Program-made: the position numbers and the translations under genes
Shown: one piece after another, positions 1 to 12,720 of the stretch
Numbering within the stretch: the stretch's first letter is position 1
Layout: every line of letters starts with the position of its first letter
Assembly: GCA_013265495.1 (NCBI GenBank)
Contig: MU058198.1
Location: forward strand, 5,843,779 to 5,907,778
Direction of reading: 5' to 3'
DNA length: 64,000 nt
Source: Vicugna vicugna
Taxonomy: Eukaryota
The notes under the pieces: model-generated
What the model saw: only the letters and a program-made list of their open reading frames with translations
Database searches by the model: none
What the model was told of the DNA's origin: nothing

Positions 1-211
1 GGATGCCACCAAGAACAAATAGCACTGATTGTGCAGAGGCTGCAAGAGACCTAATGGAAAAGTCTGCAAACAGGAGGCCACTCCGTTTAGGAAATGCACT
101 CCAGGAAGGTGGGGAGCCCACTGCCTGGTGGGAGGGTCTTCTGAGAGCCCTGTGATCAAATTACCTTCTAAAGACCGGAAACCTGCTTCCTTCAAACCCA
201 GTAGTTATAAA

Positions 212-420
212 CCAGTGGCCACCCCATCTCCCACCCCAGAGGGCATTTGGCAAAGCCTGGAAACATTCTGTTTGCTACGGTGGGGGTGGGGATTGCTTCT
301 AGAATCTAGTGGGTAGAGGTCGAGGATGCTGCTAATCACCCCACAATGCACAGGACGGTCCCTATAATGACAAAGAATTCTCCAGCTCAAAACGTCAGTA
401 GCGCCAAGGTTGAGAAACTC
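212..420 (+). mobile_element. MER20-like hAT DNA transposon fossil
   Basis: Contains TCTAGTGGGTAGAGG..GGATGCTGCTAA...ACAATGCACAGGAC...GCCAAGGTTGAGAAAC, typical of MER20 as recalled. Confidence 0.75.
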
Positions 421-897
421 AGAAAGTGGGGAGCTACAGGATGATTCTCAACCAAAAGAGAGAGATTCAACGTTGGGAATTCTGACAGCTGAGTCAGTGG
501 TGGCCTGGAGACAGTGTAATTCAGGACTTTTTTTCCTGTTCTCCTGGGAAATCTGTGAGGTAAGCAGGCAGGAGTCTACTGATCCTCAGCCAGAAGCACT
601 AAGCTCTGGCTTCATTCCTCCCAGATGGCAAATCGTGCAAAGCACAGTGAGTCCGTAACACCTACGAGGTTCTTGAGAGAAGTTTCTCTCTCCTGAGAAA
701 GTGTGCTCACTCAGCACTTACTGGCTATGTGCTCTTGAGCAAGTGTCTTACTTTCTCTGTGCCTTTTCCTCATCTGTGAAATGGGCCTAAGAGTAGTACT
801 TAATTCCTAGAGTTTTCGTAAGGATTGATTAATATATGGAATGGGCCTATAACAGGGTCTGGCACATAGGGCCACACTGCTACGTAAGTGTCAGCTC

Positions 898-1310
898 TTA
901 TCATCCTCTCATCCACCGCCACCACCACCACCATCCTTATCATCATCATCATCATCCCTACTATCATTTTCGTCATCATTGACTTTATCATCCCCACCAC
1001 TATTATCGTCATCGACTTCAGCATCCCCACCGCTATCATCAACATCATCGATGTCAGCATCCCCACCGCTATCATCAACATCATCGATGTCAGCATCCCC
1101 ACTGCTATCATCAGCATCACCACCATCACCATTAACATCATCATCCCCATCACCACCATTATCATCTCCACCAGAACCATCATATCATCATCATCACCAT
1201 CATCTTCATCATTTCTTTTAGGGAAAGCCTGTTTATTGAACCTGTCTCCCCCCCTTACACAATTATCATCACCACCAGAACCATCACATCATCATCATAA
1301 TCATCATCAT
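898..1310. repeat. (CAT/CAC)n low-complexity tract with a 36-bp higher-order tandem unit
   Basis: CAGCATCCCCACCGCTATCATCAACATCATCGATGT recurs at 1019, 1055 and partly at 1091, with degenerate copies upstream. Confidence 0.9.
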
Positions 1311-2509
1311 TTCTTTTAGGGAAAGCCTGTTTACTGAACCTGTCTTACCTGAGGTTTGATTGGATGTCATTCTGCCCCAAGGGTGGCAGCAAAAGGGATC
1401 GACCCTCAGCCCCTTTGACACAGTCTCTTGGCTGCGTCCACAGACATTTGTGTAGGGTTGTTACCAATCCCTCTGTCTCCACCCATCAAAACCAAGTGAG
1501 TCAAGCCAGCTTGAAGGTCCCAGATGGCTCCAACTCTTGGAATGAGTCCACTGAATCTCTTCTGTTAAAGTGCAAAATGACAAAAAGCCAAGTCACAGAT
1601 GTCCAAACAGAGGTCAAAATTTCTGCTGTGGAGAAAGAGAGTCTGGAGGTTGGTTGCAGCTGATATGACGCAGCTGTTCAAAGACATCAGGGCTCCCATT
1701 GTCTGGAAAAGCCTTCTCACCTTACAGGAATCCCAGATAACTGGCTGTGGCTGGAGTTGCTTTCGTAGTTCTTAGACGTCAGGGCTCCCACACTGCGGTT
1801 GTCTTGGCCTTCGTTAATGCGAGGTGGTCTGTGTTCACAGCAGGAAGGCCTGTTCTATCAGGCATGCATTGCCCTGAAGCACCCCCCTCCCCAGTACAGA
1901 CTTCTATTTGTGCTTCATTGGCAGAACCCCTAGGACAAAGGGGGCTAGGAAAGCTGGAGTAGGATTGTCATGATTGGCTGAAACAAATCATGCCCCATTG
2001 CCTCAGGAAGGGTATGCTGTCGCCCCGATGAAGTCTGGGTTGTTTTGGTGAGGAAGAACCCGGGAGGTGAGGCTCGTGGGTCTGCAGCAGGTCAAGGAAC
2101 TATGGCTGCGAAACAAACTATCCCCAAATTTAGTGACGTTTATTTCGCTCATGCCTCTGCAATCTGGCAGGGCTCCGTGGGTGTAGTTTGTCTCTATGCT
2201 ACTTGGTATCAAGTTAAAACAATAGCAACATTTATTTTACTTGCTATTTTGCAATTTGGTCAGGGTTCAGACCAGGGTCAGTGACCCCGCTTGGTGTCAG
2301 CTGGGATAGCTGTGGAGTAGGGAGCTGGAAACATCTGAAGGCTTATTCACTCACATCTAGGCATGGGCTGGGACGTCCCAAACAGCTGGGGCTCCTCAGG
2401 CCTTTCTCTTTATTTCTCTGTGGTCTCTCCATGTGCTCTCACCAGCATAGTGGCTTCAGGGTAGCTGGACTTCTCACATGTCAGCTCAAGGAATCCCAAA
2501 GTGTGAGCT

Positions 2510-2750
2510 GAGAAAGAGAGAGAGACAGGCAGACAGAAAAAGAGAGGCAGAAAGGAAGAAAAAGAAAGAAGGAAGAGAGTGAGGAAAGAAAGAGAAAAGA
2601 AAGGAAAGAAAAGAAAAGAAAGAAAGGAAGGAAGGAAGGAAGGAAGGGAGGAAGAAAGAAAAAGGAAGGAAGGAAGGAAGAGAGTAAGAAAGGAGGGAGG
2701 GAGGAAGGGAAGAAGGAAGGGAGGGAAGGAAGGAATGAAAGAAGGAAGAT
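2510..2750. repeat. Purine-rich (GAAA/GGAA)n simple repeat
   Basis: About 240 nt of almost pure A/G. Confidence 0.95.
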
Positions 2751-4090
2751 TCTATATACAGACCTTCTACCTTTCACATACACACAAACACACACAAACC
2801 TGAAATGGATCACAAACCTAAATATACAGTGTAAAACTTCTAGAAGGTGACATATGAGAAAATCTAGAATCTAGGTTTGGCGATGAGAGTTTAGATATAA
2901 CACCAAAAGCATGATCTAGGAAAGAAAAATGATAACTTGGACCTCACTAAAAGCAAAAACTTTCACTTTACAAAAAACACTGTTAAGAGAATGAAAAGAT
3001 AAGCCACAGGCTTGGACAAAATCTGTGTAAAACACATGTCCAATAAAGGACTTATCTCCAAAATATACAATGATTTTTTAAAAAAAACTCAACTACCGGA
3101 AGACAACCTAATTTAAAAATAGCCAAAAGATCTCAACAGACAAAAAAGATACACAGATGACAAATAAGCATATGAAAAGATACTCAAAGTAATATGTCTT
3201 CAAGGCACTTGAAATTAAAACGACAGTGAGATAGAATTACACAACTACTAGACTAAGATCCAAAAAACTGGCAGCACCAAATGCTGACAAGAATGCAGAG
3301 CAACGGGAGCTCCCATTCATTGCTGGTGGGAATGCAAAATGGTACAGCCACGTTGGAAGACAGTTTGGCAATTCCTTATAAAATTAAATGTATTCTTACC
3401 ATATGATCTAGCGATCACACTCATTATTTACCCAAAGAAGTTGAAAACACAGAAAACCACACAAAAAACCTGCATACAAGTGTTTAGAGGAGCTTCATTC
3501 ATAGTTGTCAAAGACTGAAAGCAACCAAGGAGTCCTTCAGTAGGGAAATGGGTAAATGAGCAGTGCTACATCCAGACAATGGGATAGTATTCAGTGCTAA
3601 AAAGAAATGAGCTATCAAGCCACAAAAAGACACGGAGGAATTTTAAATGCATATTACTAAGTGAAAGAAGCCAGTCTTAGGAGGCTATATACTGTTAGAT
3701 GCCAACTATATGACATTCTGAAAAAAGCAAAACTATAGAGCCAGTAAAAAGATCAGTGGCTCCCAAGGCTGAGTCGGGAGGAGGATGATGAACAGGTGAA
3801 GGAGACTTTCAGGAAAGTGAAAGTATTCTTATGTCGCCGTACTGGTGGATTAAAGTCATTATGGGTCAAAACCCACAGAACTGATCAAGAGAAAGCACGA
3901 ACTTTAATGTGAACAGCAGACTGTAGTTAATAGTAATGTATAAAGATCAGTTCATTAATTTTAACAAATGTAGCACATTAATGCAAAATGTTAATAATTG
4001 GGGAAATTATGCGCTTGGGGAGGTGGTATATGGGAACTCTGGACTATCAATTTTTCAGTGAACCTACAACCTAAAATTAAAAAGAAAATT
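2750..4090 (+). mobile_element. Old L1 (L1M-type) fragment: ORF2 3' end and 3' UTR
   Basis: A-rich, with L1 hallmarks such as CATTGCTGGTGGGAATGCAAAATGGTACAGCCAC and TGCATATTACTAAGTGAAAGAAGCCAGTCT; no intact ORF. Confidence 0.85.
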
Positions 4091-5839
4091 TTTTTACCTG
4101 AAAGCTTGAAAGATAGGCTTGAACACAAGTGATGTGTTGATGTAATGTGAGCTGAGCTTGTACTGAGGCAATACTTGGGAACCCCCTGGGTTAAGGATCT
4201 GAGTTTTTATTACTTTGGGGCCTCCAGCCCCTCTCCAAGGAAGGCCTGACACAGAGTAGCCACTGGTAAAAGTTTGGACAACTGGGGCAGAAACCTGAAT
4301 AATGGAACTGTATGCAGGATGGCAAACTTTACAGTTATTATCTCTCTAGGGCCTCAGGACAATGCCCTATTTTTGTTAACTCTCTATTCTAACATAATTT
4401 CAGACTTACAGAAAAGTGGCAGTAGAGTACCAAGAATTCCCGTATTCCGATCCCCCAGGTTTCCCAAGTGTCTTCACATCCAACCATATCTGCTCCAACC
4501 TTTTCCTGTCTTTTCAGTGTGTTTTCACCACCACTTCACAACCAAGCTAATAGGTGGAGGGAACAGGCTCTGAGCTGGCTTCTTTCTCATTTTCATTCTG
4601 ATCAGAACAATAATGAACATTTACTAAGCGCCTACTACATGCCAGGCACTTTTCATGTATCTTACCACATGTATTTCAGACCCTACAAGGTGGGCCTGTC
4701 ATCGTCCCCACTGAGGCACAGTGCTCCATCCACTTGGCTCAAAGTCTCATGGTTGCTAAGTAGTGGAGTTGGTGGTACCCAGATGCACGTGGTCTGGTGG
4801 AAACGAGGAAAGAGGGAAGGATGATTTAAGAATGCAGAAAATAGGGTGGGAGCCCAGTCTGGCAGACCAAGAGGGCAGAAAGCCCAGGCCACACATACCC
4901 AAAGTGAGATTTTTGCTGTCTCTGGGAGAAACTGGGTGCAAACTCAGAGACGCCATGATGGAGCAAAAGAAGATTTTGTGTATATGAGGGAGACCCAGCA
5001 CTGCCCAGCCTGAATCTGCACACCTCTTACTTACCTCTTTCAGGTCTCCTATCCTCAAAGCTCTCCAACCAAATTGGCTTTCAAGCAATTCCTCCATCAT
5101 GTTAAATTGGTTCCCACCCCAGGGCCTTTGCACTTGCCACTCTTGATTTCTAAACTAGTCTCCACCACCCTACCACCCCCATCCTCTTCAGGCTGGAAGC
5201 TCAAACATGTCCTTCTCAGGGAGGAGATAAGGGCCTGAACGATCCTGCTCTGTTTTACTTTCTTCTTGGTACCTCTTGTTACCTGAAATACTTTATTCAT
5301 TTCCTGTTTTCCCCTGCCTTCTGGCTTCAAGGCTTTTATTGTGCCCAGTGATCAGTGGTCAATGGAGCCCGGGTTGGAATCCCACACCTGCTGCATGATT
5401 CTGAGCAAATTTACCCTCAGAGGCTCTGTGCCTCAGTTTGCCCATATGCAAATTGGGGGATAGTAATACAGCTCCCTCACAGGGTAGTTGTGAGTTAATA
5501 TAGTCACGGCCTTGGAAAGGGGCCTGCCAGATGGTACTAGCTGTTGACTGAAGAGTTGTTTTACTATCATCAACACTTTCCTGGAGCCCAGCATATCGGA
5601 GGCGCTCAGTTAACATTTGTTCAAGGAAAGAACACACAACCGCCCTTCACAGAAGGGGGCTGTTGGGAAGGCGAGCAGGATTAAAAATGCTCAGTCCCCC
5701 AACCCTGAAGGCACCTGGCCCCTGTGTCTAGCGAGGTGGCGAAGCGCTGGGGCAGGAGGAGCAGGGGCAGGGGGCAGAGGGACGGCGAGTGCCCAGTGGG
5801 GAGCTCAGTCGGGAGCTGGGATTTTATCCTCAGAGCGAG

Positions 5840-6490
5840 GGGAAGCCCTGCGGGGTCCTGGCTGGGGCGTGGCCTCCGGTGGCCGCGGGGGCCGGGGCCG
5901 GGGGGGCTGGGGTCGCCTCCAGGAGGGATCGGCAGATGGGACTGCAGGGGCGGAGGGGACGCGGACAGAGACGAGGCCGCGGCCGGGGGAGCTCGCGGCG
6001 CGCGGGGAGCGCGGGGCGGGGCGGCGCCGGCCAATGGGTCAGGCGCCCGGGGCGGGGCGCAGGAAGCGGGGCGGGCTTGGTCGGGCGCCCAGGAAAGCCC
6101 CGCGAGGCGCCGCCGGGGCAGGGCTGGCCGCGCGGGGGTCCCCCACTTCCCGCTCGGGCACCGGCTCGACGAATGGACCCAGAGGGCGCAGGTAGGGCGA
6201 AGGGCCCTTGCGCGAGGGGGGCCGGGGATGAGGGGTTGTCGGCCCGGACACGCGGCGGCCGTCCGGGGAGCGCTGGGCCGCCAGAGGGGCCCCAGGCGGT
6301 GGGGACCCCGGGATCGCAGGGCCCCCAGCGGGAATCGCCCACCCGGGACCGCCCGCCTGCTCCTCTCCGCGCGTGGGGTGGTGGCTCTGTCCTTTTCGTC
6401 CAACGCAGCCAAAGCGGGGCTGGGGAGGCTTTGTCCTGTGTGCTCCGACACCCAGCGCGCCCCTAAACTGGCGCGGTCTCTGACAGGTGG
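5840..6490 (+). promoter_or_regulatory. IL4R: CpG-island, TATA-less promoter of IL4R
   Basis: Very high GC and CpG density. GGGCGG boxes flank CCAAT (6031-6035). There is an ETS-like CAGGAAG at 6060 and a kappaB-consensus GGAAAGCCCC at 6092-6101. Confidence 0.9.
6080..6191 (+). other. IL4R: IL4R exon 1 (5' UTR)
   Basis: GCGCCCAGGAAAGCCCCGCG...GGGGTCCCCCACTTCCCGCT...CGAATGGA...GCGCAG resembles the human IL4R 5' UTR as recalled. It ends at the donor CAG|GTAGGG (6191/6192). The start is approximate. Confidence 0.8.
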
Positions 6491-9400
6491 GCGGGGTGGT
6501 CTCCTGGGGAGTTTGGGAAATTCGTGAGCTGGGGTTGAGGCAGGTCTTGAGTCACTCAGCCCCCCTTTTTCTGGGTAGCACCCACCCCACTCCACCCGCA
6601 CAGAAAGTTGGTGAGGATGAAGGGGAGAAAAAGGGTGGGGAAAGTTCTAAAAACTGTAAAGTTGGATCCTAGGTCAAGGAATATTGGAAAAGGCCCTTTC
6701 CACCTTTGCTCTCCTTTTTGAAAATTGGATGGACCCAATAATAACGATCATTTACTCGGATTTATGTTGTACAGACTCTGTCCTGAGCACTGAAAGTATT
6801 CTGAGTTAAATCTCAAAAGAACCTTTCTGGTCCGTGCTATGTATGTATTGTGGCCGTTTTACAGATGAGGACTGCTGAGGCACAGGCAGCTTAAATAAAT
6901 AACTTACCCAAGGTAATGTCCACATGGAAGGTTTGTGTTTGCCCAGGTGTCCCTCACAGTCAGGGGATTCCAGAGTCCTGCAAAGGCCACTGGAACTCTG
7001 CTAGCCTGACCCGTGGGTGCAGATGAGGCTGCTGAGGTGTGGAAAAGGGAGTGACCTGCCCCAGTCGTTCGTGCACTCACTGGGCTTCTACTGGGGGCTG
7101 CTTGAATGCTGTTTAGGGCACTGGTGTTTGTCCTTAAGGAGCACCCCCTCTGTGAGGGAAGAGCTGGGAAGGAGGGAGGAAGCACAAGTAGGGAGTGATC
7201 AACCATTATGGGGCCGTGGGACAGACTCCTTGGAGCGGAAACCTCTGAGCCAGCCTTGTAAGAGGAGTAGAGGGATTTGGCAGGTGCAGACTGGCAAGGA
7301 ACAGCATGCTGAGCTGTGGGAACAGCATGGATTAATGCCAAGAGGTCGCCTAGGGAGGAGGAGAGAGCCAGTAATGGATGGGAAGGGGGAGCATGTTATG
7401 GAAGGCCTTGAGTGCCGTACCAAGAAGTGTAGGCCAGTGTATTTTACCTTTGCCTGAGCCATAGGAATCACAATGCAGGTTCCTGGCCCCTACCCTGGAC
7501 CTTGGTATCTAGAGGGAGGCTGTGGGGAGGCCTGAGGGAGAGAAAACCATGAGTGAGTCACCCCGGTTACAACACACCCAGTTACCAGCAGGTCTGAGAG
7601 GACCTGAGGATTTCCAAATTCTGGGTAGTGACTCAGTAACTCATGCATTTCGTAGAGCAAAAGCCCAGGGTTGCAGAAAGCCAGGCAGGGGCAGGAAGGC
7701 TGTCCCCAAAGACATTCACAATTTCCTGGTGCTGAGATTCAGAAAAGGAGCTAAAACAAAGTATTAAAGAAGTGATAAGAGAGACCCTTTCCTGGATCCC
7801 CTTCTCTCTGGTGACCTAACCCCATATCCCCACCGCCGGATGGAGGAGAGAGTTTAGGATCAAATGCCCGCTGCCTTTGATAGTGTCTGGGAGTGGGGCA
7901 GGAATTGAAGCCCCCTGGGTGCTTTGTTTTCTTACATTGGTAAAATTGAGCTTCCATGAAAGTTAATGACATCATGTTTTATAAGATGCTTAGCACAATT
8001 TCTAAAACATAATACATCTGTGGTCAATGTGCATGTCTGTCAAAAAATAAGCTGGGAGGTTAAGAGCATGGCCTCTGGAGCCAGATTGCCCGGGTTCAAA
8101 TGCTGACTTTGCTACTTCTTAAGGAAGTTACTTCTTAAGGAAGCAACTTCTCAGGACCTCAGCTTCCCCATTTGTGAACTTACAATGTCTACTTTATACC
8201 ATCTATAGTGATGATGAAATGAATTAATATCAAGCATACCAAACAGTTCCTGGTATGGAGTAGGCAGTATGCACTTATTAAGGAAGTAAATGAACCCCAT
8301 TGGATGGGATTCAGTCTACCCATTTTGCAGGTGAGGAAACCGAGGCCCAGAGATGTGTGCGGTGGCTGTGTCTAAGATTGTACCTCTAGGAGTGACAGAT
8401 GTAGGGATTCGAATCTGCTTTCCTTCTCAGCCTGTGTTCTTTCCCCCATGCCACTCTGCTGGGGTGACCAAGAGGGACATCTTTCGGAACATTCCTTGTG
8501 ACCGTGGAGACATGCACGGACTTGTTTGACCAGGTTCCCCTTGTCTTGGATAGAAGAGAGGCCAATGCTATGCCTAGATGTTGTAGGAACTTGCCCTTGC
8601 AAGGATGTGGAGGGGAGAACCCCAGTGGAGGCTGGGGAGGGGGGTCCTGGAGAGGCCAGGGGGCCCAGCATCAGCTGGGCCATATTGCCCCTGCATCAGA
8701 TGGGCCATATCCTTTGTTGCTTTGCTTCCAGCCAAGTCATTCTGCTCCTCTGAGCCGGAGGCAGAGTGAAGGGCACAGGCTTAAAGACAGGGGGCTCAGG
8801 TTCAAATGTGAGCTTGCCGCTCTTCCTTTGTGTGGGATCTGGGGGAAGTTGCTTAACCTCTCTGAGCTTCAGTTTGCTTGTCAGTAAACTGGGTGTTTGG
8901 TGAGGGGCGGTATTCGTGAGATGATTTTTGGAGGTACCTTGCCCCTGGCTCCGAGATCGCGGATTCTGTCCCCATTTAGGACGGTCACTTCTTCACATCA
9001 GCACTTGCCTTCCTCATTCCTTTCTTCTTTGGATATTTGTTGGGCACTCGTGTGCCAGACACCGTGTCAGGGGCTCCTGATAGAGCACTGGACAAAGTCC
9101 TTGCCCTCCTGGAGTTTGACTTCCAGTTGTGAAGACAGGCAGTACACAGACATGTCCAGATTCATCCCAACCCTGTATCTATAATTCGAAATCTACAAGC
9201 TCTGAAAACCGGAAGTGTTTCCTTCACTCACTTGGAAGCCAGACCCGCCATGAACTAAACATGAGGCTCTTTGGAATCTGTCTTTGTTTTCCTTGAAATG
9301 AATGCTTGTGTGTCCCGTGGCAGAGATATTAATGTGATTGATCACCAAATGCTCCTGGGGCCCCATGGCAGGCAGGGGTGGTTATTTTTATTTTATGACC

Positions 9401-11769
9401 TTTCTTGAATCTGAGTCATTCTGAATTTGGAAACACTCCAGGCTCCCAGGGTCTCACACAGGAGAATGTGGACCTGCAGTATCCTGTCACGTGATGACAG
9501 TGCTAGGAAGAAAAGGCAGAGAGGACGGAGTCGGGGGAGCCTCTCTGAGGAGGGACATTTAGAAGGACAGGGGCAGAGGCCTGCAAGAATGGGGCAGGTG
9601 GAGGGAACCACAGAGGATGCTAGGAAAGGTCTTGTCCACCCCACCAATCCCACTTCCGGGCCTGCTGTTTGCCCCCACTCGGCATGCACAGTTCTGTCTA
9701 AAAGCACACATCTTTGTCTTTCCAAGAAGTGGTGATGCCTCTGAGGTTTCGGGTTTGCCTCCAACTGACTCATTCTCATTCTTGGGGCCCCCTTGTGCCT
9801 CCTCATCTCCTCGGTGTTGCTTAAGAAGTCCAAGGTCTTCACCAAAGAAGACTCACTAGGGATGATCACTAACTGGACTGGCATCTGAGTCCCCCCTCCT
9901 CCTCGCTCCAAGGAGGGAGAGAGAGGAAGTGGGTCCTAATGAGGGAAGAGATGCTTGGCCCTCAAGGGGTTGGTGGAACAGATTTCCTGAAGGTGAGAAG
10001 GTGTTGTTCTGAGCAGCAGGTTTGTAAAGGGGCTGATAGCCTCCGGCTTGCAGAGCCAGTTTGTAAAGCTACAAGTGACAGGCACGCACATGTCTTGAGT
10101 TCTAGTGCCGGGCTTGATGCTTGTACTCCACTTGGCAAATGTGCAAGGGGCTGGGGACATAGCAGTGACTGACACAGAAGCAAAGGCCCTTGTGGAGCTG
10201 GCCGTCTGGTGGAGGAGGTGACTACTGAGCTAAGACTGGAAATAAAAAGACAATGTAGGTATCTGGGGAAAGAGAGATCCCGGCAGAGGGAACAGCAAGT
10301 GCAAAGGCCCTGAGGTATGATTGACTCACAACAAGGAAGCTGATGTGGGGGGATGGGATTGAAGCAAAATGAAGAGGGGTGGGAAGAGAGGTTGGGAAGG
10401 TCAGTAGGAGCCAGAGACCCACGTTGTCTCGTTTAACTTGTAGAATAACCCTGTGAGGTAGGAACTGCCCTTGTCCAGATTTTACACATAAAGAAATAGA
10501 CACAGAAGGTTTAGTGACTTGTCCAGGGTCACACAGTTGCAAACCTGGCAGATCCGGGGTCCTCAGTCTTTACCACTGTGTTTCAGTGCAAAGGTTCACC
10601 TGTCCCTTAATCCACTGTTGGCGCTCACCTGTGGTTCAGTCTGCTTGGCAACCCTGTGCGTGTGGTCAGGCCAGGATCGGCGTCACAGGTGATCCGATCA
10701 TTGTACGAATCATTTTACAGATCATTTGATTGATGAGCGGCTTCCAAAGCGTCACAGACAGCGAGGACACCCTAAAGCAGGGCAGGTGTGGCAGGGATGA
10801 GGAGAGCGGAGGCCTGACGCCACATCAGGCACTGTGCTGCGTGGAGGCAGGTAGATACGTGGGTGCCTCCCTGTTTCCCTGAGGAGGAAACTGAAGCTCA
10901 GGGAGCAGACTTACCCAGTGATGCAGCTCGGAAGTGGCAGAGTCTGGTTTCAAATCCAGGGCAGCTGAACTGGAAACCTATGCATTTAACCACTGTGCTG
11001 AGCCATCCAGCCCAAGGAGTAGGGTTTAAAAGAACCAGACTTCTTGGTTAGAAATAAGGGAACACAGCCACCAAGAACCATTTTGGAGAACTGCAGAAGT
11101 CCTGAGGGTTTCCTGAAGTAGCCGGGAATGTGTCCTATCTTTTCAAAAGAGGAAATGGAACTTCTCTCTAGAGGAGAGATGCCAGGTCTCTGTGGGGGCA
11201 GCCCTCCAAGGCCACAGAGCCTCAGCCTCCCGACAGTCTTGCTTCTGAGGATGGAGAATAGACCTTCTAGAAGCCAGATTGGACATCTCTAACTGGGAGA
11301 CGATCTTTCCTGGGATTTAGCCTTATTAGCTTTCCGGGAGTTTTCACTTTCTGGCTTTGTTTGTGCCCCTTCGAGGTAATAGCCATCTCCTTCCAACCCC
11401 AGCCCAAGAGTTCTGTTATTCAGACTACACAGCCGTAATTCATTCAGTCTCTTCCTGACGCAGAGAACTATAAACAGTTCAATCTGGCTTTGGACATGAT
11501 CCAATTGGTCAGAGTCCCACATAAAAAACATTGCCTTCCCTAAAGTCTACCCAGTCAGAGAGGAAGGAGACTGTCACCTCCTTGGATCTGGAGCCCATAT
11601 CTCTGTTGATACAACCTGCAATCATACTTTGTAGTGGCTATATCCGACTTGGGGCTTATATTGGACTTGTCATCGAAAACCTCCAGGTCGCTCTTCTACA
11701 TGAGCGCTGTCAAAGTTTCTTCCATTCTGAGATTCCTTGTTTGAGGATAACAATTGTTCTCAGTCTTTC

Positions 11770-12720
11770 TCATGTTCTAATAAATCTACTCTGGGCTATA
11801 ACTTTTTTTTTCTGAGTACTGCTATGGCTTTATTCCACAGGTCTTGTTACACAATGTCATTCAGTACTAAAACAGTTTATCATTTACTTTTTGATTAAAA
11901 GCATTATGTGCCCTATAATTTTTTAAGGTGGATGGAATTTTTAAAGTTATCTTTTTATTGTTGATTTCTAAAATTATGGTCAATATTTGTATCTTCTATG
12001 ATACCGGTGATGGGGAATTTGTTGAGATCTTCTTTGTAGGACTTTCTGGTCAGTTTTTCTGTCTGTTGCTCTCATATTTGAAAGAATGTGTATTTCTATT
12101 TGGGTGTAAAGTTCTAGAAATATATGTATTAGATCACCCTTACTAATTATAGCATTTATGTTGTCTATGTTTTTATGTAGTTTTCTCTACCCGATTCATC
12201 TCCTACTATGATAGGGGATCTGTTTATTTCTCCTGCTATGTTGTTAGGTGCATATAAATAGAATATATGAATAGAAGAGAGTTCATGACTTTTGTCATTT
12301 CTTGGTGAGTTGCTCCTTTTATCAGTATAAAACAGCTCTCTTTCTTTTAGTACTTGGATGCCTTGAATTCTGTTTTATTTGGTATTAATATTCCTTTACC
12401 TATTATCTTTTTCTTAAACTGTTAGGAAAATGTTTGTAGTTTTATCCTGAGGCATTGAAACATCTGAACAAATCAGTATCTGGGCAGTGAGGTGGCTGCT
12501 TTCCCCTTCACTTCTGAAGGTTACTAGAGCAACTTAAAAATATGGACACTTCACGAATTTGCGTGTCATCCTTGTGTAGGGGCCACACTAATCTTCTCTG
12601 TGTCGTTCCAATTTTAGTATACGTGCTCTGAAGTGAGCACCCTATTGTCTTTATTTACATTTTTCTTGGCTACTTTTCTGATTTTTTCTTTTCTTTTCTT
12701 CCTCTCTAAAGTTTTAGGAC
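11770..12720 (-). mobile_element. Highly degraded L1 fragment hosting the U6 chimera
   Basis: T-rich antisense L1-like sequence on both sides of the insertion; boundaries approximate. Confidence 0.55.
12536..12640 (-). pseudogene. RNU6: Full-length U6 snRNA retropseudogene (part of a chimeric retrocopy, 12411-12640)
   Basis: Reverse complement reads GTGCTCACTTCAGAGCACGTATACTAAAATTGGAACGACACAGAGAAGATTAGTGTGGCCCCTACACAAGGATGACACGCAAATTCGTGAAGTGTCCATATTTTT. The ACAGAGA box is intact, but the AGC triad is changed to AGT and there are several substitutions and deletions. Confidence 0.95.

Noticed and set aside
800..1319. Met/Ile-rich hydrophobic ORFs and a CRISPR-like periodic look
   Set aside because: These are translations of a (CAT)n-derived tandem repeat. 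There are no unique spacers or cas genes, and the DNA is eukaryotic.
5617..6601. Long overlapping ORFs (170-306 aa) on both strands
   Set aside because: They are G/R/P/A-rich products of stop-poor CpG-island sequence, with no recognisable domain.
8113..8143. Tandem quasi-palindrome TACTTCTTAAGGAAG x2 as STAT sites
   Set aside because: The spacing is TTC-N5-GAA, and it is a local 16-bp duplication inside a MIR.
12536..12640. Functional U6 snRNA gene
   Set aside because: The AGC triad is mutated, there are indels, no PSE/TATA was recognised upstream, and the unit is TSD-flanked within a chimera.
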